DNA of 64,000 bases from Anaeromyxobacteraceae bacterium (GTDB lineage: Bacteria; Myxococcota; Myxococcia; Myxococcales; Anaeromyxobacteraceae), in NCBI GenBank assembly GCA_035519395.1, contig DATIWK010000122.1:7275-71274 (forward strand), in the 5' to 3' direction. Of this stretch, positions 48,936 through 58,942 are shown in pieces. Numbering within the stretch: the first letter of the stretch is position 1; each line of letters begins with the position of its first letter. Position numbers and translations under genes: made by a program. The notes beneath the pieces were generated by a model that worked only from the letters and a program-made list of their open reading frames with translations, was not told the origin of the DNA and ran no database searches.

Positions 48936-50303
48936 GTGTTCCGGAGCGTCCTCGTCGTCGACGACGAGCCGTCGATGCGCCACCTCCTGTCCGTGATCCT
49001 GGCGGATCGCGGGTACGAGGCGCGCGCGGTGGCGAGCGCCGAGGACGCGCTCAAGGAGCTGGCCGCCCGGGAGTACGATCTCGTCCTGACCGACGTGCGC
49101 ATGCCGGGGATGGACGGCATCGCGCTCCTGCGCGAGGCGCAGCGGCTGCAGCCCGACGCGACGGTCATCGTGATGAGCGCCTACGGCTCGCAGGAGGCGG
49201 CCATCGAGGCGATGAAGGCGGGGGCGTACGACTTCGTCTCCAAGCCGTTCCGGCCGGACGAGGTGGTGCTGGTGCTCCGCAAGGCGGAGGAGCGCGAGCG
49301 GCTGGCGCGCGAGAACCGCCGGCTCCGCGGCGAGCTGGCCGCCGCCTACCGCCCCGAGCACATCGTGGGCGCGTCGGAGGCCGTCCAGGAGCTGCTCCGC
49401 CGCGTCCGCAAGGTCGCGCCGCAGAAGACCACCGTCCTGCTCCACGGCGAGTCGGGCACCGGCAAGGAGCTGGTGGCGCGGGCCGTCCACGAGCTGTCGC
49501 CCCGCGCCAGCTTCCCCTTCGTGGCCGTGAACTGCGGGGCCATCCCCGCCGAGCTGCTCGAGTCGGAGCTGTTCGGCCACGTGAAGGGCGCCTTCACCGA
49601 CGCCAGCCGGAACAAGAAGGGGCTCGCCGCCGAGGCCGACGGGGGGACGCTGTTCCTCGACGAGATCGGGGAGCTGCCGCTGGGGCTCCAAGTGAAGCTC
49701 CTCCGCTTCCTCCAGGAGGAGGAGGTGCGGCCCGTCGGTGACAACCGCTCCCGCAAGGTCGACGTGCGCGTGGTGGCCGCCACCGCGCGGGACCTGAAGC
49801 GCGCCGTGGCCGAGGGGCGGTTTCGCGAGGACCTCTTCTACCGGCTGGACGTGGTGGGGGTGCGGCTGCCGCCGCTGCGGGAGCGGCCCGGGGACGTGCC
49901 GCTGCTGGCGCGCCACTTCCTGGCGCGGTTCGCGCCGCTCCGGCCAGAGCTGGCCGGCCTCGAGTTCTCGGAGGAGGCGCTCGCGGCGCTGGCCGCGCAC
50001 CGCTGGCCGGGGAACGTGCGCGAGCTCGAGCACGTGGTGGAGCGCGCGGTGGTCCTGGCCGAGGGGCCGGTGATCGCGGAGGAGGACCTGCCGGACGCGG
50101 TCCGCGCCGGCTCCGCTCCCCAGCCCGGCGTGCCCGCGCCGGAGGGCTCCCTCTCCGTCAAGCGCGCCACCCGGGAGCTGGAGGAGCGGCTCATCCGTGC
50201 GGCGCTGGAGCGGACCGGCGGGAACCGCAGCCGCGCCGCCGAGCTGCTCGACCTCTCGTACCGGGCGCTCCTCTACAAGATCAAGGACTACGGACTGGGC
50301 TGA
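48936..50303 (+). CDS. pilR2: Sigma54 enhancer-binding regulator PilR2-like
   Basis: [20 protein letters not shown]. Confidence 0.78.
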   Translation: MFRSVLVVDDEPSMRHLLSVILADRGYEARAVASAEDALKELAAREYDLVLTDVRMPGMDGIALLREAQRLQPDATVIVMSAYGSQEAAIEAMKAGAYDFVSKPFRPDEVVLVLRKAEERERLARENRRLRGELAAAYRPEHIVGASEAVQELLRRVRKVAPQKTTVLLHGESGTGKELVARAVHELSPRASFPFVAVNCGAIPAELLESELFGHVKGAFTDASRNKKGLAAEADGGTLFLDEIGELPLGLQVKLLRFLQEEEVRPVGDNRSRKVDVRVVAATARDLKRAVAEGRFREDLFYRLDVVGVRLPPLRERPGDVPLLARHFLARFAPLRPELAGLEFSEEALAALAAHRWPGNVRELEHVVERAVVLAEGPVIAEEDLPDAVRAGSAPQPGVPAPEGSLSVKRATRELEERLIRAALERTGGNRSRAAELLDLSYRALLYKIKDYGLG

Positions 50304-50378
50304 CGGGACCGCCCGCCGCCCTGCTGTCCCCCGGTCAAGCGACGCTGGGTCCGGGCGCCGGCCTGCCCCCGTCGCAAA

Positions 50379-50417
50379 GATGCATCATTACGCATCACGA
50401 TGCCTCGCCGATGCATC
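50379..50417. promoter_or_regulatory. Compound palindrome upstream of XRE-pilM
   Basis: GATGCATC-N5-GCATCACGATGC-N6-GATGCATC. Confidence 0.55.
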
Positions 50418-50494
50418 CGTGTACTACAAAGGCCGATATCGGCGGGGACGCCTTTCTTGATCCGATCGGGGGCGATCGCTTAGCGTGGCCTCGC

Positions 50495-50761
50495 ATGCCT
50501 GCCCGATCGGCGAACAAGGCGACGAACCGGGTGCGCCGCGCGCCCAACAACCTGCAGCGCCTGCGCGAGGACCAGCTCCTCACCAAGGCCGAGCTGGCGC
50601 GGAAGGCGGGCGTGTCGCCGCTGACGGTGGCGCGCATCGAGAGCGGCCTCGAGTGCCGCATGGACACCCAGCGCAAGATCATCCTGGCCCTCGGGCTGCG
50701 GCCGGCGGATCGCGCGAAGGTCTTCGGGGACGGGCGCCGCGGCATGCGCCTGCGCTCGTAG
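50495..50761 (+). CDS. Small XRE-family HTH protein
   Basis: LQRLRE..LTKAELARKAGVSPLTVARIESG. Confidence 0.8.
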   Translation: MPARSANKATNRVRRAPNNLQRLREDQLLTKAELARKAGVSPLTVARIESGLECRMDTQRKIILALGLRPADRAKVFGDGRRGMRLRS

Positions 50762-50770
50762 GGGGACGCC

Positions 50771-51829
50771 ATGGCGAAGAGCAAGCTCGCCCTCGGCCTG
50801 GACATCGGCTCCTCGAGCGTGAAGCTCGTGCAGCTCCGCGAGAAGAAGGGCGGGTTCGCGCTGCAGGCCTACGGGGCCGCGCCGCTGCCGCCCGAGGCCA
50901 TCGTGGACGGCGCCCTGATGAACTCCTCCGCCATCGTGGCGGCCATCCAGGAGCTGGTGGCGCAGCAGAAGGTGAAGCCCAAGGAGGTCGCTATCGGGGT
51001 CCGCGGCCACTCGGTCATCATCAAGAAGATCTCGCTGCCGCGCATGACGCAGGAGGAGCTCGACGAGTCCATCCAGTGGGAGGCGGAGCAGTACATCCCC
51101 TTCGACGTGAAGGACGTGAACATCGACACGCAGATCCTCACCCCGGAAGGCGACGCCGCCGGGCAGATGGACGTGCTCCTGGTCGCCGCCAAGAAGGACA
51201 TGATCAACGACTACACCTCGGTCTGCGCCGAGGCCGGGCTCACCGCCACGGTGGTGGACGTGGACGCCTTCGCGGTCCAGAACGCCTACGAGGCCAACTA
51301 CGACGTGGACCCGGGGCAGACGGTGGTGCTCATCAACGTGGGCGCCGCGGTCTCCAACATCAACGTGCTGTCGCGGGGCATCACCACCTTCACCCGCGAC
51401 GTCACCATGGGCGGGAACGCCTTCACGGAGGAGATCCAGAAGCAGCTCAACATCTCCTACGACGAGGCGGAGGCGCTCAAGGTCGGAGGGCAGGGCGAGA
51501 CCGACGCGGTGGTGCCGCAGGAGGTGGAGCGGGTCATCCAGGGCGTCGCCGACCAGATGGGCGGCGAGATCCAGCGGTCGCTCGACTTCTACTCGGCCAC
51601 CGCCTCCGACGCGAAGATCGCGAGGGTGTTCATCTCGGGCGGGACGGCGCGGATCCCGGCGCTGTTCAAGGTCATCGAGGCGCGCGCCGGCGTGCCGGTG
51701 GAGATCCTGAACCCCTTCAAGAACATCGAGATCGACAACAAGCGGTTCGATCCCGCGGCGCTCCTCTCCGCGGCGCCCAGCGCCGCGGTGGGCGTCGGGC
51801 TCGCGCTGCGCCGCCCCGGGGACAAGTGA
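50771..51829 (+). CDS. pilM: PilM
   Basis: GLDIGSSSVK, EAEQYIPF, ISGG, GLALR. Confidence 0.95.
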   Translation: MAKSKLALGLDIGSSSVKLVQLREKKGGFALQAYGAAPLPPEAIVDGALMNSSAIVAAIQELVAQQKVKPKEVAIGVRGHSVIIKKISLPRMTQEELDESIQWEAEQYIPFDVKDVNIDTQILTPEGDAAGQMDVLLVAAKKDMINDYTSVCAEAGLTATVVDVDAFAVQNAYEANYDVDPGQTVVLINVGAAVSNINVLSRGITTFTRDVTMGGNAFTEEIQKQLNISYDEAEALKVGGQGETDAVVPQEVERVIQGVADQMGGEIQRSLDFYSATASDAKIARVFISGGTARIPALFKVIEARAGVPVEILNPFKNIEIDNKRFDPAALLSAAPSAAVGVGLALRRPGDK

Positions 51830-51832
51830 GCC

Positions 51833-52438
51833 ATGGTCCGCATCAACCTCCTCCCGGTCCGGGTCTCGAAGAAGAAGCAGGCGGGGAAGCAGCAGCTCTG
51901 GCTGTTCGCGCTCGCCGTGGTGCTGGCGCTGGTCGGGAACTGGTACTGGGCGGGCCTGCGGCGCTCCGAGCTGGAGACGCTGGACGCGAAGATCGCCCGC
52001 ACCAAGGCGGACCTGGCGCAGCTCGACCGGATCATCGGCGAGGTGAAGGACATCAAGGAAGCGAAGCGCGGCCTCCAGGAGAAGCTCGACGTCCTCGACA
52101 AGCTCAAGGCGGGGCGCTCGGGTCCGGTCCGCATGCTCGACGAGCTGGCGCGCATCGTGCCCAAGCGCGTGTGGCTCAGGAGGTTCGACGAGAAGGGGGG
52201 CAACGTCGTCTTCGAGGGGTACGCCATGACCATCGACGACGTGTCGGCGTTCATGACCGAGCTCAAGAAGGCGCGGTACTTCGGCGACGTGGAGCTGAAG
52301 AAGACCGTCGCCAAGGAAGACAAGGCGGTGAAGGCGGTGAAGCTGGTCGACTTCGTCATCACCGCCGCGGTGCGCTACGACGTCCCGCTCGCGGTGGCCG
52401 GCGCCCCGGCGCCGGGCGCGCGGCCGGCGGGGAAGTGA
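51833..52438 (+). CDS. pilN: PilN
   Basis: RINLLP followed by a TM helix. Confidence 0.93.
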   Translation: MVRINLLPVRVSKKKQAGKQQLWLFALAVVLALVGNWYWAGLRRSELETLDAKIARTKADLAQLDRIIGEVKDIKEAKRGLQEKLDVLDKLKAGRSGPVRMLDELARIVPKRVWLRRFDEKGGNVVFEGYAMTIDDVSAFMTELKKARYFGDVELKKTVAKEDKAVKAVKLVDFVITAAVRYDVPLAVAGAPAPGARPAGK

Positions 52439-52441
52439 GCC

Positions 52442-53068
52442 ATGGAGAAATTCATCGAGCGCATCGCGAAGGCGCCCCTGGGGGCGAAGCTCGGCGTGGT
52501 GGCCGGGGTCGTCGTCCTGCTCTTCGCGCTCAACTACTTCGTCTTCTCGATCCCCGCCGGGCCGTCCATCTCCGACATGGAGGTCCGGATCAAGCGGGGG
52601 CGGGCCGATCTGGTGAAGCTCGACGCCGAGTACAGCGAGAAGACCGCCATCGCCAACAACCTGAACCAGTTCCGGCGCGAGAAGGAGCTGCTGGAGCAGC
52701 GGCTCACCGAGGCGCTCTCCGAGCTGCCCGAGGAGAAGGACATCGACGGGCTCCTCCAGCTGTTGCAGGACCGCGCCCAGAAGGCGGGGCTGGACATCTC
52801 CACCATCGAGCCGCAGGGAGTGGTCAACGAGCAGTTCTACGCGCGCATTCCCATCCCCATGACCGTGGTGGGCAACTTCCACGAGATCGCGACGTTCCTC
52901 GACTCGCTGGGCCGCCTGCGGCGGATCGTGAACGTCTCCGACCTCACGCTCGACACCCCCAGGGACGTGAGCGGGAAGCTGGTGCTGAACGGGAAGTTCC
53001 TGACCACCACGTTCATGTTCGTCGCCTCCGGCGGCGGCGCGGGCGCCAAGAAGGGAGCGGCCAAGTGA
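52442..53068 (+). CDS. pilO: PilO
   Basis: ELPEEKDI, GNFHEIATF, LRRIVNV. Confidence 0.92.
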   Translation: MEKFIERIAKAPLGAKLGVVAGVVVLLFALNYFVFSIPAGPSISDMEVRIKRGRADLVKLDAEYSEKTAIANNLNQFRREKELLEQRLTEALSELPEEKDIDGLLQLLQDRAQKAGLDISTIEPQGVVNEQFYARIPIPMTVVGNFHEIATFLDSLGRLRRIVNVSDLTLDTPRDVSGKLVLNGKFLTTTFMFVASGGGAGAKKGAAK

Positions 53069-53607
53069 ACCGCGCCGTCCTCGCCGCGGTCCTCGCCGCC
53101 GCGCCGTGCGCGCTCGGATGCGGCGGCAAGCCGTCGAAGCCGGCGGCCCCTCCGGTGGGCACCGCGCCCGCTGCCGCGGCCCCTGCCGCTGCGACGGCGC
53201 CGGCGCCCGCCCCCGCTGCCCCCGTCAAGCCGGCCGAGCCGGAGTGGTCGTACTCCTCCGTGGGCAAGCGGGACCCGTTCAAGAGCTTCCTGCTGGAGCC
53301 CGAGAGCCGGCCGGTGCTCACCTCCCGCTGCGCCACCCCCCTCGGCAAGTTCGAGATCGACCAGCTCAAGCTCGTGGCGGTGGTGACCGGCCTCGAGGAT
53401 CCCGTCGCGATGGTCGAGGCGCCGAACGGCGTCGGCTACGCCGTCCGCCGCGGTGCCTGCATGGGCAAGAACGGCGGCGTCGTCGCCGCGGTCCGCACCG
53501 GTGAGCTCGTGGTCAGCGAGTGGGCCGTGCGGGCCGACGGCTCCAGAGACCGCACCCAGACCGTGCTCCGCCTCCCCAAGGAAGCGGCGCTCAACCTCGA
53601 GGAGTAG
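53065..53607 (+). CDS. pilP: PilP lipoprotein
   Basis: ALGC lipobox, KRDPF, PLGKFEIDQLKLV, GKNGG. Confidence 0.9.
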   Translation: MNRAVLAAVLAAAPCALGCGGKPSKPAAPPVGTAPAAAAPAAATAPAPAPAAPVKPAEPEWSYSSVGKRDPFKSFLLEPESRPVLTSRCATPLGKFEIDQLKLVAVVTGLEDPVAMVEAPNGVGYAVRRGACMGKNGGVVAAVRTGELVVSEWAVRADGSRDRTQTVLRLPKEAALNLEE

Positions 53608-53611
53608 CCTC

Positions 53612-56452
53612 ATGAAGATCCTCCACGCGCTCGCCGGCTTCGTCCTCTGGGGCGCCCTCGCGGTCGGGAGCCCGGTCCGGGCGGTCGAGCCCAACGTGAT
53701 CCGGTCGATCGACGTGGCGGAGCGCGGCGGCGCCGTCGAGCTCTCCATCCTGGGCTCGCGCGCTCCGGCTTACACGGTGTTCAAGCTCGCCTCGCCCCCC
53801 CGCCTCGTCGTGGACCTCGCCGGCGCGGACGTGTCCGGGATCGCCTCGCCCGTCGAGATCGGCAAGGGCGGCGTCGTCGCCGTCGCGACGGCGGAGTACA
53901 AGGACGAACGGAGCGCCGTCGGCCGCGTCATCGTGGCGCTCGACGGGGCGCGCCGTTACGAGGTGACGCCGCGCGGCGACGCCGTCGTGGTCCGCATCCT
54001 GGCCGAGGGCGAGAAGGCAGCCGAGTCCGGCCCGGCGCAGCAAGAGGCGATCGCGGCCGCGACCCCGTCACCGACCGCGACCCCGACTGCGACCGCGACT
54101 GGGACCGCGACCGCGACCGCGACCGCGACTGCGACCGCGACTGCGACCCCGACCGCGACGGCGACCCCGACCGCGAGCGCGTCCCCGACTGAGTCCCCGA
54201 CCGCGTCCGACCACGTCGTCGCCCACAAGGTGGACGAGGCGAAGGTCAGCCACGCCGCCCGGACCCTCACCGGCGTGCGCGGGGGCAGCGACGCGCTCGT
54301 GCTCCGGACCGACGGCCAGGTCGCGCGCATCGAGATCCTGGAGCTCGACGATCCGCCGCGCCTCGCCATCGACCTGTACGGCGTCTCCAGGGCGCCGCAC
54401 GGACCGGTGAAGGTGGAAGGCGCGTTCCGACAGGTCCGCTTCGGCCGCGACGCCGCCAAGGTCCGCGTGGTCCTCGACGCCGACGGCGCGCTGCCGCGGT
54501 ATCAGGTGAAGCGCGTGAAGGAGGGGGTCGCGGTGGTGACGACCGCGGGCGCGAGCAAGGCCGCGACGCCGGCCGCGACCGCGGCCAGGACCACGAACCC
54601 GACTGCTGCCACCGCGACGAAGGCTCCCCCGGCTCCGACCCCGGCCGCGACGTCGGCCGCGACCCCCAACCCCACCACGACCACGATGTCCAAGGACGCC
54701 TCGCGCGCCCGCACCCGGATCACCGACGTCCGCTTCGCCCAGCAGGGGGGCGCGGCGCGGATCGAGATCGCCGGCAAGCCGCGCTACACCGTGTCGCGGC
54801 CGGACGGCCGGACCGTCGTGCTCTCGCTCGAGGACTCCGAGCTGCCCAAGCGCTTCGAGCGGTCGCTCGACACCAGCGCCTTCAAGGGACCGGTGACGAT
54901 GGTCTCCTCCTTCAACCAGCCGGGGACCGGCCAGGTGAAGATCGTGGCGACCCTCCGCGGCGAGGCGCACGATGCGCTCGTCGAGACCGCCCAGGGGCTC
55001 GCCTGGACCTTCGGCGCGGGCCCCGTGCCGCGCCGCGAGGCCGACGAGGCGCCCATCGTCCTCACCGACGGCGCCTTGCCGGCGCAGGGCTCGGACGCGC
55101 AGGCCGCCGGCTTCGCCTCGGAGGCCCCGGCGTACGCGCTGTCGGGAGCGCCGCAGAAGAAGGGCTACACCGGCCGGCGCATCACCCTCGACTTCCACGA
55201 CATCGACATCCGCAACCTGCTGCGGCTCATCGCCGACGTGTCGAAGAAGAACATCATCCTCGCCGACGACGTCACCGGGAAGGTGACCGTGTCGCTGCGG
55301 AACGTGCCCTGGGACCAGGCGCTCGACCTCGTCCTCCGCACCAAGGGGCTCGGCAAGGAGGAGATGGGCAACGTCATCCGCATCGCGAAGTTCGAGGAGC
55401 TCGCCAAGGAGCAGGAGGCGCAGGCCAAGGCAGCCGAGGCCCGCAAGCCGCTCATCCCGCTGAAGGTCCGGATCATCCCGGTGAACTTCGCGCGCGCCGG
55501 CGAGATGTCCGGCCGGGTGAAGGAGGTGCTCACCGAGCGCGGCACCGTCTCCACCGACGAACGCACCAACGTGCTCATCGTGAAGGACGTCCAGGAGGCG
55601 CTGATCCGCGCCGAGGGGCTGGTGCGCAACCTCGACACCGAGATCCCGCAGGTGCTCATCGAGGCGCGCATCATCGAGGCCTCGACCAACTTCAACAAGG
55701 CGCTGGGCGTCCAGTGGGGCGGCAACGGCGGGTTCGCGCAGGCCACCGGGAACCCCACCGGCGCCGTCTTCCCGAACAACGCCACCGCGGTTGGCGGCGC
55801 GGGCGGCACGGCCAGCCCCGGCTCGCCCTCCACTCCCAACTACGCGGTGAACCTGCCGGCGGCGGTCGGCGCCGGCCAGGGCGGCGCCCTCGGGTTCATG
55901 TTCGGCTCGGCCGGCAGCGCCTTCAACCTGAACCTCCGCATCTCGGCGCTGGAGAACTCCGGCGTGGTGAAGACCATCTCCGCCCCCAAGATCGCCACCG
56001 TGGACAACAAGGAGGCGACCATCGGGCAGGGCATCTCCATCCCGTTCTCGCAGGTCTCCGCCGCCGGCGTGAACACGGTGTTCATCGAGGCGAAGCTCGA
56101 GCTCAAGGTGACCCCGCACGTCTCGCAGGACGGCTCGATCCTCCTCAAGATCAAGGCCTCCAACAACCAGCCCAACCCGCAGCTCACCGGCGCCAACGGC
56201 CAGCCCTCCATCACCAAGCGCGAGGCGGACACGGACGTGCTGGTCAAGGACGGCGAGACCACGGTCATCGGCGGCATCTACACCCGGCAGACCTCGAACC
56301 ACGTGAGCCAGGTGCCGTTCCTGGGGAACATCCCGCTCATCGGCTTCTTCTTCCGGACCACGACCGACGAGGACGACCGGACCGAGCTCCTCATCTTCAT
56401 CACCCCGCGCATCCTCAACCGCCCGGCGGCGGCCGCCGCCGCGAGCAACTAG
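53612..56452 (+). CDS. pilQ: Secretin PilQ with three AMIN domains and Thr/Ala/Pro linkers
   Basis: PPRLVVDL, PPRLAIDL, YTGRRITLDF, QVLIEARII, ELLIFITPRI. Confidence 0.95.
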   Translation: MKILHALAGFVLWGALAVGSPVRAVEPNVIRSIDVAERGGAVELSILGSRAPAYTVFKLASPPRLVVDLAGADVSGIASPVEIGKGGVVAVATAEYKDERSAVGRVIVALDGARRYEVTPRGDAVVVRILAEGEKAAESGPAQQEAIAAATPSPTATPTATATGTATATATATATATATPTATATPTASASPTESPTASDHVVAHKVDEAKVSHAARTLTGVRGGSDALVLRTDGQVARIEILELDDPPRLAIDLYGVSRAPHGPVKVEGAFRQVRFGRDAAKVRVVLDADGALPRYQVKRVKEGVAVVTTAGASKAATPAATAARTTNPTAATATKAPPAPTPAATSAATPNPTTTTMSKDASRARTRITDVRFAQQGGAARIEIAGKPRYTVSRPDGRTVVLSLEDSELPKRFERSLDTSAFKGPVTMVSSFNQPGTGQVKIVATLRGEAHDALVETAQGLAWTFGAGPVPRREADEAPIVLTDGALPAQGSDAQAAGFASEAPAYALSGAPQKKGYTGRRITLDFHDIDIRNLLRLIADVSKKNIILADDVTGKVTVSLRNVPWDQALDLVLRTKGLGKEEMGNVIRIAKFEELAKEQEAQAKAAEARKPLIPLKVRIIPVNFARAGEMSGRVKEVLTERGTVSTDERTNVLIVKDVQEALIRAEGLVRNLDTEIPQVLIEARIIEASTNFNKALGVQWGGNGGFAQATGNPTGAVFPNNATAVGGAGGTASPGSPSTPNYAVNLPAAVGAGQGGALGFMFGSAGSAFNLNLRISALENSGVVKTISAPKIATVDNKEATIGQGISIPFSQVSAAGVNTVFIEAKLELKVTPHVSQDGSILLKIKASNNQPNPQLTGANGQPSITKREADTDVLVKDGETTVIGGIYTRQTSNHVSQVPFLGNIPLIGFFFRTTTDEDDRTELLIFITPRILNRPAAAAAASN
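54059..54205. repeat. In-frame (CGACnn)n microsatellite encoding (T-A/P)n
   Basis: More than 20 hexamer units in the PilQ AMIN1-AMIN2 linker. Confidence 0.85.
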
Positions 56453-56460
56453 GAGACCCC

Positions 56461-57171
56461 GTGAGAACGAGCACGATCCCCGTCCTCGCGGCGCTGCTCT
56501 TCGCGAGCGGCTGCGTCGACAACCGGTCCTCGGTCGAGATCTTCGGGATTTGCGCGCCGCCGACCCAGGCGGACACCTGTTCCGAGGCGGCCACCTGCGC
56601 GAACAGCCTGGCTTCCCCCCGGCTGGATCACTATCTGACGGTCACCTTCGCTGGCGCGACCGTCGACAACCCGCTCGAGTCCTGGTTCCAGTTCAACAAC
56701 CAGCTGGTCAACAACGCCGACGTCGAGACCGGCCGCGTGAACACCAACGACTTCACGGCGACCGAGCTGCACCTGAGCTACGACGCCTCGGGGGTGTCGA
56801 TTCCCTCCGTGCACTTCGCGACCGGCGCGTTCACCGTGCCCGCGGCCGGGACCACCACGATGGTCCTGAGCCTGATCCCGGAGACGCTCTCGCCCCAGAT
56901 CGGGGCCGCCATGACGGCGCGGGGGCTGACAAACGTCCCGGTGGTGGTCCACCTCCGCCTCTTCGGCCACCTGCTCGACGGCTCCACCATCGAGACGGGG
57001 ACGTTCGACGTCGCGGTGAACGTGTACAACGACGACCTGTGCAATGCCACCGTCGGCCCCGCCGCCGACCCGCCCTTCCTCAGCCCCTGCGACTGCCCGA
57101 CGGCCGGCCAGTCCCCGTTCTTCTGCCCGGGCTTCGATCCGTTCGGAACCTCCAGCATCACCTGCAAGTGA
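56461..57171 (+). CDS. Cys-rich lipoprotein of unknown function
   Basis: AGGAG RBS, LFASGC lipobox, Cys clusters at both ends. Confidence 0.75.
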   Translation: MRTSTIPVLAALLFASGCVDNRSSVEIFGICAPPTQADTCSEAATCANSLASPRLDHYLTVTFAGATVDNPLESWFQFNNQLVNNADVETGRVNTNDFTATELHLSYDASGVSIPSVHFATGAFTVPAAGTTTMVLSLIPETLSPQIGAAMTARGLTNVPVVVHLRLFGHLLDGSTIETGTFDVAVNVYNDDLCNATVGPAADPPFLSPCDCPTAGQSPFFCPGFDPFGTSSITCK

Positions 57172-57329
57172 CCGGCTGCGGCACCGGGAGGCGGGCGTCC
57201 GGCGGCCGCGTTTGACGCGCCGCGTGCCGGGACGAACCTTGACGCGGGTCGAGGGGGCGGGCTAGAACCCCGCTCGTCCCGCGCGTCCAGCCGAAAACAC
57301 GGCGCTTTTCCGGCGCACGGGAGGCGAGC

Positions 57330-57692
57330 ATGGGGTTCCGCGAGCATCTCGAAGAGGTCTGCCGCAGCGTCGACGGAGCGCTGGCCTGCTCGCTCATGGG
57401 CGTGGACGGCATCGAGGTCGACACGCACCTCGCGGGCGACGACGGCGACGTCGACGTGAAGAGCCTGCTCATCGAGTACTCGGGCATCTTCCGCACCGCG
57501 CGCGAGGCGGCGGAGGCGCACGAGGCGGGCGGCGTCGCCGAGGTGAGCATCCAGACGGACAAGGTCCTGACGGTGGCCCGCCTCGTCTCGCCGGAGTACT
57601 TCATGGTGGTGGCGCTCGATCCCGGCGGAAACTTCGGGAAGGCGCGCTTCATGCTGCGCATCACCGCGCCGAAGCTCCGCGCCGAGCTCTAG
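57330..57692 (+). CDS. mglC: Roadblock/LC7 polarity protein MglC
   Basis: GALACSLMGVDGI, GNFGKARFMLRITAPKLRAEL; 120 aa; position before efp. Confidence 0.85.
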   Translation: MGFREHLEEVCRSVDGALACSLMGVDGIEVDTHLAGDDGDVDVKSLLIEYSGIFRTAREAAEAHEAGGVAEVSIQTDKVLTVARLVSPEYFMVVALDPGGNFGKARFMLRITAPKLRAEL

Positions 57693-57795
57693 CGCCCGAG
57701 GCCGCCGGCCCCGGGGGCGGCCCCGTCCTCGGGCGGGCGGCGGCGCGGGTCCCCACCTTTCTTCCACATCGACGAATCGAAGGAGCGTTGCCGAG

Positions 57796-58368
57796 ATGGC
57801 CGATACCCTGGACACCTCCCAGTTCCGCCGCGGGCTCAAGATCGAGATCGACAAGGACCCGTGGGAGATCGTCGAGTTCCAGCACGTGAAGCCGGGCAAG
57901 GGCTCGGCCTTCGTGCGCACGCGGATCCGGAACCTCATCACCGGCCGGACCATCGAGAAGACCTTCAAGTCCGGCGACGTGGTGGGCAAGCCCGACGTGG
58001 ACGAGCGGGAGATGCAGTTCCTCTACCGCGAGGGCGACCACTACAACTTCATGGACAACAAGAACTACGAGCAGACGTTCCTCACCGCGGAGCAGATGGG
58101 CGACACCCGGAACTTCATCAAGGACAACACCACCACGCACATCCTGTTCTTCAACGGGAAGGCCATCGGCGTGACGCTCCCCAACGCGATGGACTTGCGC
58201 GTGGTCAAGTGCGATCCGGGCGTCCGCGGCGACACCGTCTCCGGCGCGACCAAGCCCGCCACCCTGGAGACCGGCTACGTCGTGAACGTCCCCCTCTTCA
58301 TCAACGAGGGCGACCTCCTTCGGATCGACACCCGCACGGGCGAGTACCTCACGCGCGTGGCGGGGTAA
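57796..58368 (+). CDS. efp: Elongation factor P
   Basis: HVKPGKGSAFVR, PGVRGDT, KPATLETG. Confidence 0.97.
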   Translation: MADTLDTSQFRRGLKIEIDKDPWEIVEFQHVKPGKGSAFVRTRIRNLITGRTIEKTFKSGDVVGKPDVDEREMQFLYREGDHYNFMDNKNYEQTFLTAEQMGDTRNFIKDNTTTHILFFNGKAIGVTLPNAMDLRVVKCDPGVRGDTVSGATKPATLETGYVVNVPLFINEGDLLRIDTRTGEYLTRVAG

Positions 58369-58398
58369 CCTGCGGCCCTTCGCCTTCGGAGAACCCAC

Positions 58399-58923
58399 AT
58401 GGCCACCCGACCGCTCAAGCCTTCCGAGCCCACCCCGCTGCACGACGCCACCTTCTCCATCGAGGACGTGAAGAAGCTCGTCCAGCTGGTCGAGAAGACC
58501 GACGTGACCCACGTCGCCTGGAAGCGGGGCGGCGAGAAGATCGTCGTCCGCCGCGGCGCGCTCGGCCCGGCCGGCTCCGGCCCGGCGCTGCACGCCGCGC
58601 CGGTGGTCGCCGCGCTCGCGCCCGTCGCCGCGCCGCCCGCCCCGGCCGCCGCCAAGGCCGAGCCGAAGAAGGACGACAAGCCCGGCACGGTGGTGAACTC
58701 GCCGTTCGTGGGCACCTTCTACCGCGCGCCCTCGCCGGACTCGCCGCCGTTCGTGGAGATGGGGACCAAGGTGAAGAAGGGCCAGACGCTCTGCATCGTC
58801 GAGGCGATGAAGCTCATGAACGAGATCGAGAGCGAGGCCGACGGGACCGTCGCCGAGATCTTCGTGCAGAACGCCACGCCCGTGGAGTTCGGCGAGCCGC
58901 TCTTCCGGATCGTGCCGGGCTAG
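58399..58923 (+). CDS. accB: Biotin carboxyl carrier protein
   Basis: [17 protein letters not shown]. Confidence 0.95.
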   Translation: MATRPLKPSEPTPLHDATFSIEDVKKLVQLVEKTDVTHVAWKRGGEKIVVRRGALGPAGSGPALHAAPVVAALAPVAAPPAPAAAKAEPKKDDKPGTVVNSPFVGTFYRAPSPDSPPFVEMGTKVKKGQTLCIVEAMKLMNEIESEADGTVAEIFVQNATPVEFGEPLFRIVPG

Positions 58924-58942
58924 CCCGGCCAAGAGGCGAGGC

